The position numbers were made by a program, and so were the translations under genes. Below, in pieces: positions 63,115-64,000 of a stretch of 64,000 bases of DNA; position 1 is the first letter of the stretch; the number at the start of each line of letters is the position of its first letter. The stretch is from Kofleriaceae bacterium (lineage in GTDB: Bacteria; Myxococcota_A; Polyangia; Haliangiales; Haliangiaceae). The DNA lies in NCBI GenBank assembly GCA_965215005.1, contig CBDCCZ010000044.1, forward strand, positions 96,001-160,000, given 5' to 3'. The notes under the pieces were generated by a model, which made no database searches, was not told the origin of the DNA, and was given only the letters and a program-made list of their open reading frames with translations.

Positions 63115-64000
63115 ATGTTGAAGTTCAGCCACGACCCGGACCTCGCCGAACAGCAAATGTGCGCCATCATCTTCTACTTGACGGCGTTTGGTTACATCGA
63201 TGGCGACTTCGATCGCGCCGAGCAGAGCTTCGTGCGGGTTTACATCCGGCAGCTCGTCGAGGCGCGGGCTGCGGAGGCGCTGCCCGCCGCGGCCGCGGAG
63301 GTTCGCGAGGAAGTCATCGGCAAGTTCGTGACGCACTTCTTAGAGGTGTTCGAGCAGATTGATCGCGAGATTCGCTCGCTCTTCACCGAGATGGTGGCGC
63401 ACGACGAGAACGTCGATGAGTTCGTCTACGCCAAGCTCAAGCTGCGCAGCTACGAGATCTTTCAGAGCTTTGACGAAGACAATCAGCGCGAGCTTCTTGC
63501 TACCGCTCGTGAGCTCATCGCCGCCGATGGGCAGGTGCATCCGGCGGAGGCGCGGTTTCGCGATGAGGTCGAGGCGCTACTCGCCAGCGTCGAGCCTCTC
63601 GATGAGTCAGATATTCAACCCATCGAGGCGACGGTCGAGATCGATCTTCCCACGCCGCTTCTCCCCAAGCACGACAACCATCCGTTTTTTGCCCGCTTCG
63701 AAGAGCACTACTCGAGCGACCCGGTGCGCATTCGCAAGCAAGCCGAAGCCGACCACTCGCTCATCATGCGGGCGATGGACGTGCTGGCGGAGCAGCGGTC
63801 GCGCGGGGCTGGAAAACTGGCCGGGCGCCGCGATGTCGGAGAGCTTGCGGCCGAGAGCCCGTTTCTCGACGGCCACATCTATGTCCACCCTGCGGGCGAA
63901 GGGGAGTACGAGCTCATCGTGCTGGGCGATTTGCACGGCTGTTACTCCAACCTCAAAGCGGCGTTGATGCAGTCGGACTTCTTCGCCAAGGTCGAGGCGT
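63115..64000 (+). CDS. TerB-like domain + metallophosphoesterase (3' end outside window)
   Basis: Read by eye from ATG 63115: MLKFSHDPDLAEQQ..., YIDGDFD, LIAADGQVHPAE, LIVLGDLHGC. Absent from the ORF track because no stop falls in the window. Confidence 0.75.
   Translation, partial: MLKFSHDPDLAEQQMCAIIFYLTAFGYIDGDFDRAEQSFVRVYIRQLVEARAAEALPAAAAEVREEVIGKFVTHFLEVFEQIDREIRSLFTEMVAHDENVDEFVYAKLKLRSYEIFQSFDEDNQRELLATARELIAADGQVHPAEARFRDEVEALLASVEPLDESDIQPIEATVEIDLPTPLLPKHDNHPFFARFEEHYSSDPVRIRKQAEADHSLIMRAMDVLAEQRSRGAGKLAGRRDVGELAAESPFLDGHIYVHPAGEGEYELIVLGDLHGCYSNLKAALMQSDFFAKVEA

Overview
High-GC chromosomal window, very probably from a myxobacterium (Myxococcota; inferred from the AglRQS-like motor, giant TPR proteins, MJ0042 zinc-ribbon protein and Ser/Thr kinase-AAA-TPR protein). 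It contains: (i) a ~17 kb signalling locus (1824-18814) with an RsbW-like kinase, an RsbU/SpoIIE phosphatase, two paralogous STAS+zinc-ribbon proteins, two paralogous Cys-rich PAS modules (one stand-alone, one in a histidine kinase), TPR proteins, a solute-binding protein and a receiver, but no sigma factor; (ii) acr3-arsC with two operator-like palindromes; (iii) DUF4159/vWA-GATase genes; (iv) a solitary N6-methyltransferase ahead of sugar-modifying and ABC genes; (v) cti-like, pseC-pseB-pseG, aglRQS-like, tRNA-Pro/Arg/His, rdgB, rph, amidase; (vi) an isolated flagellar-type motAB pair. A 150-bp structured repeat without terminal inverted repeats occurs in two full copies and one partial copy. 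Each full copy is flanked by its own 4-bp direct repeat, and one is inserted in frame in the signal peptide of the cti-like gene. No CRISPR, rRNA, integrase or transposase was seen. All calls come from motif recognition by eye; no searches were run.
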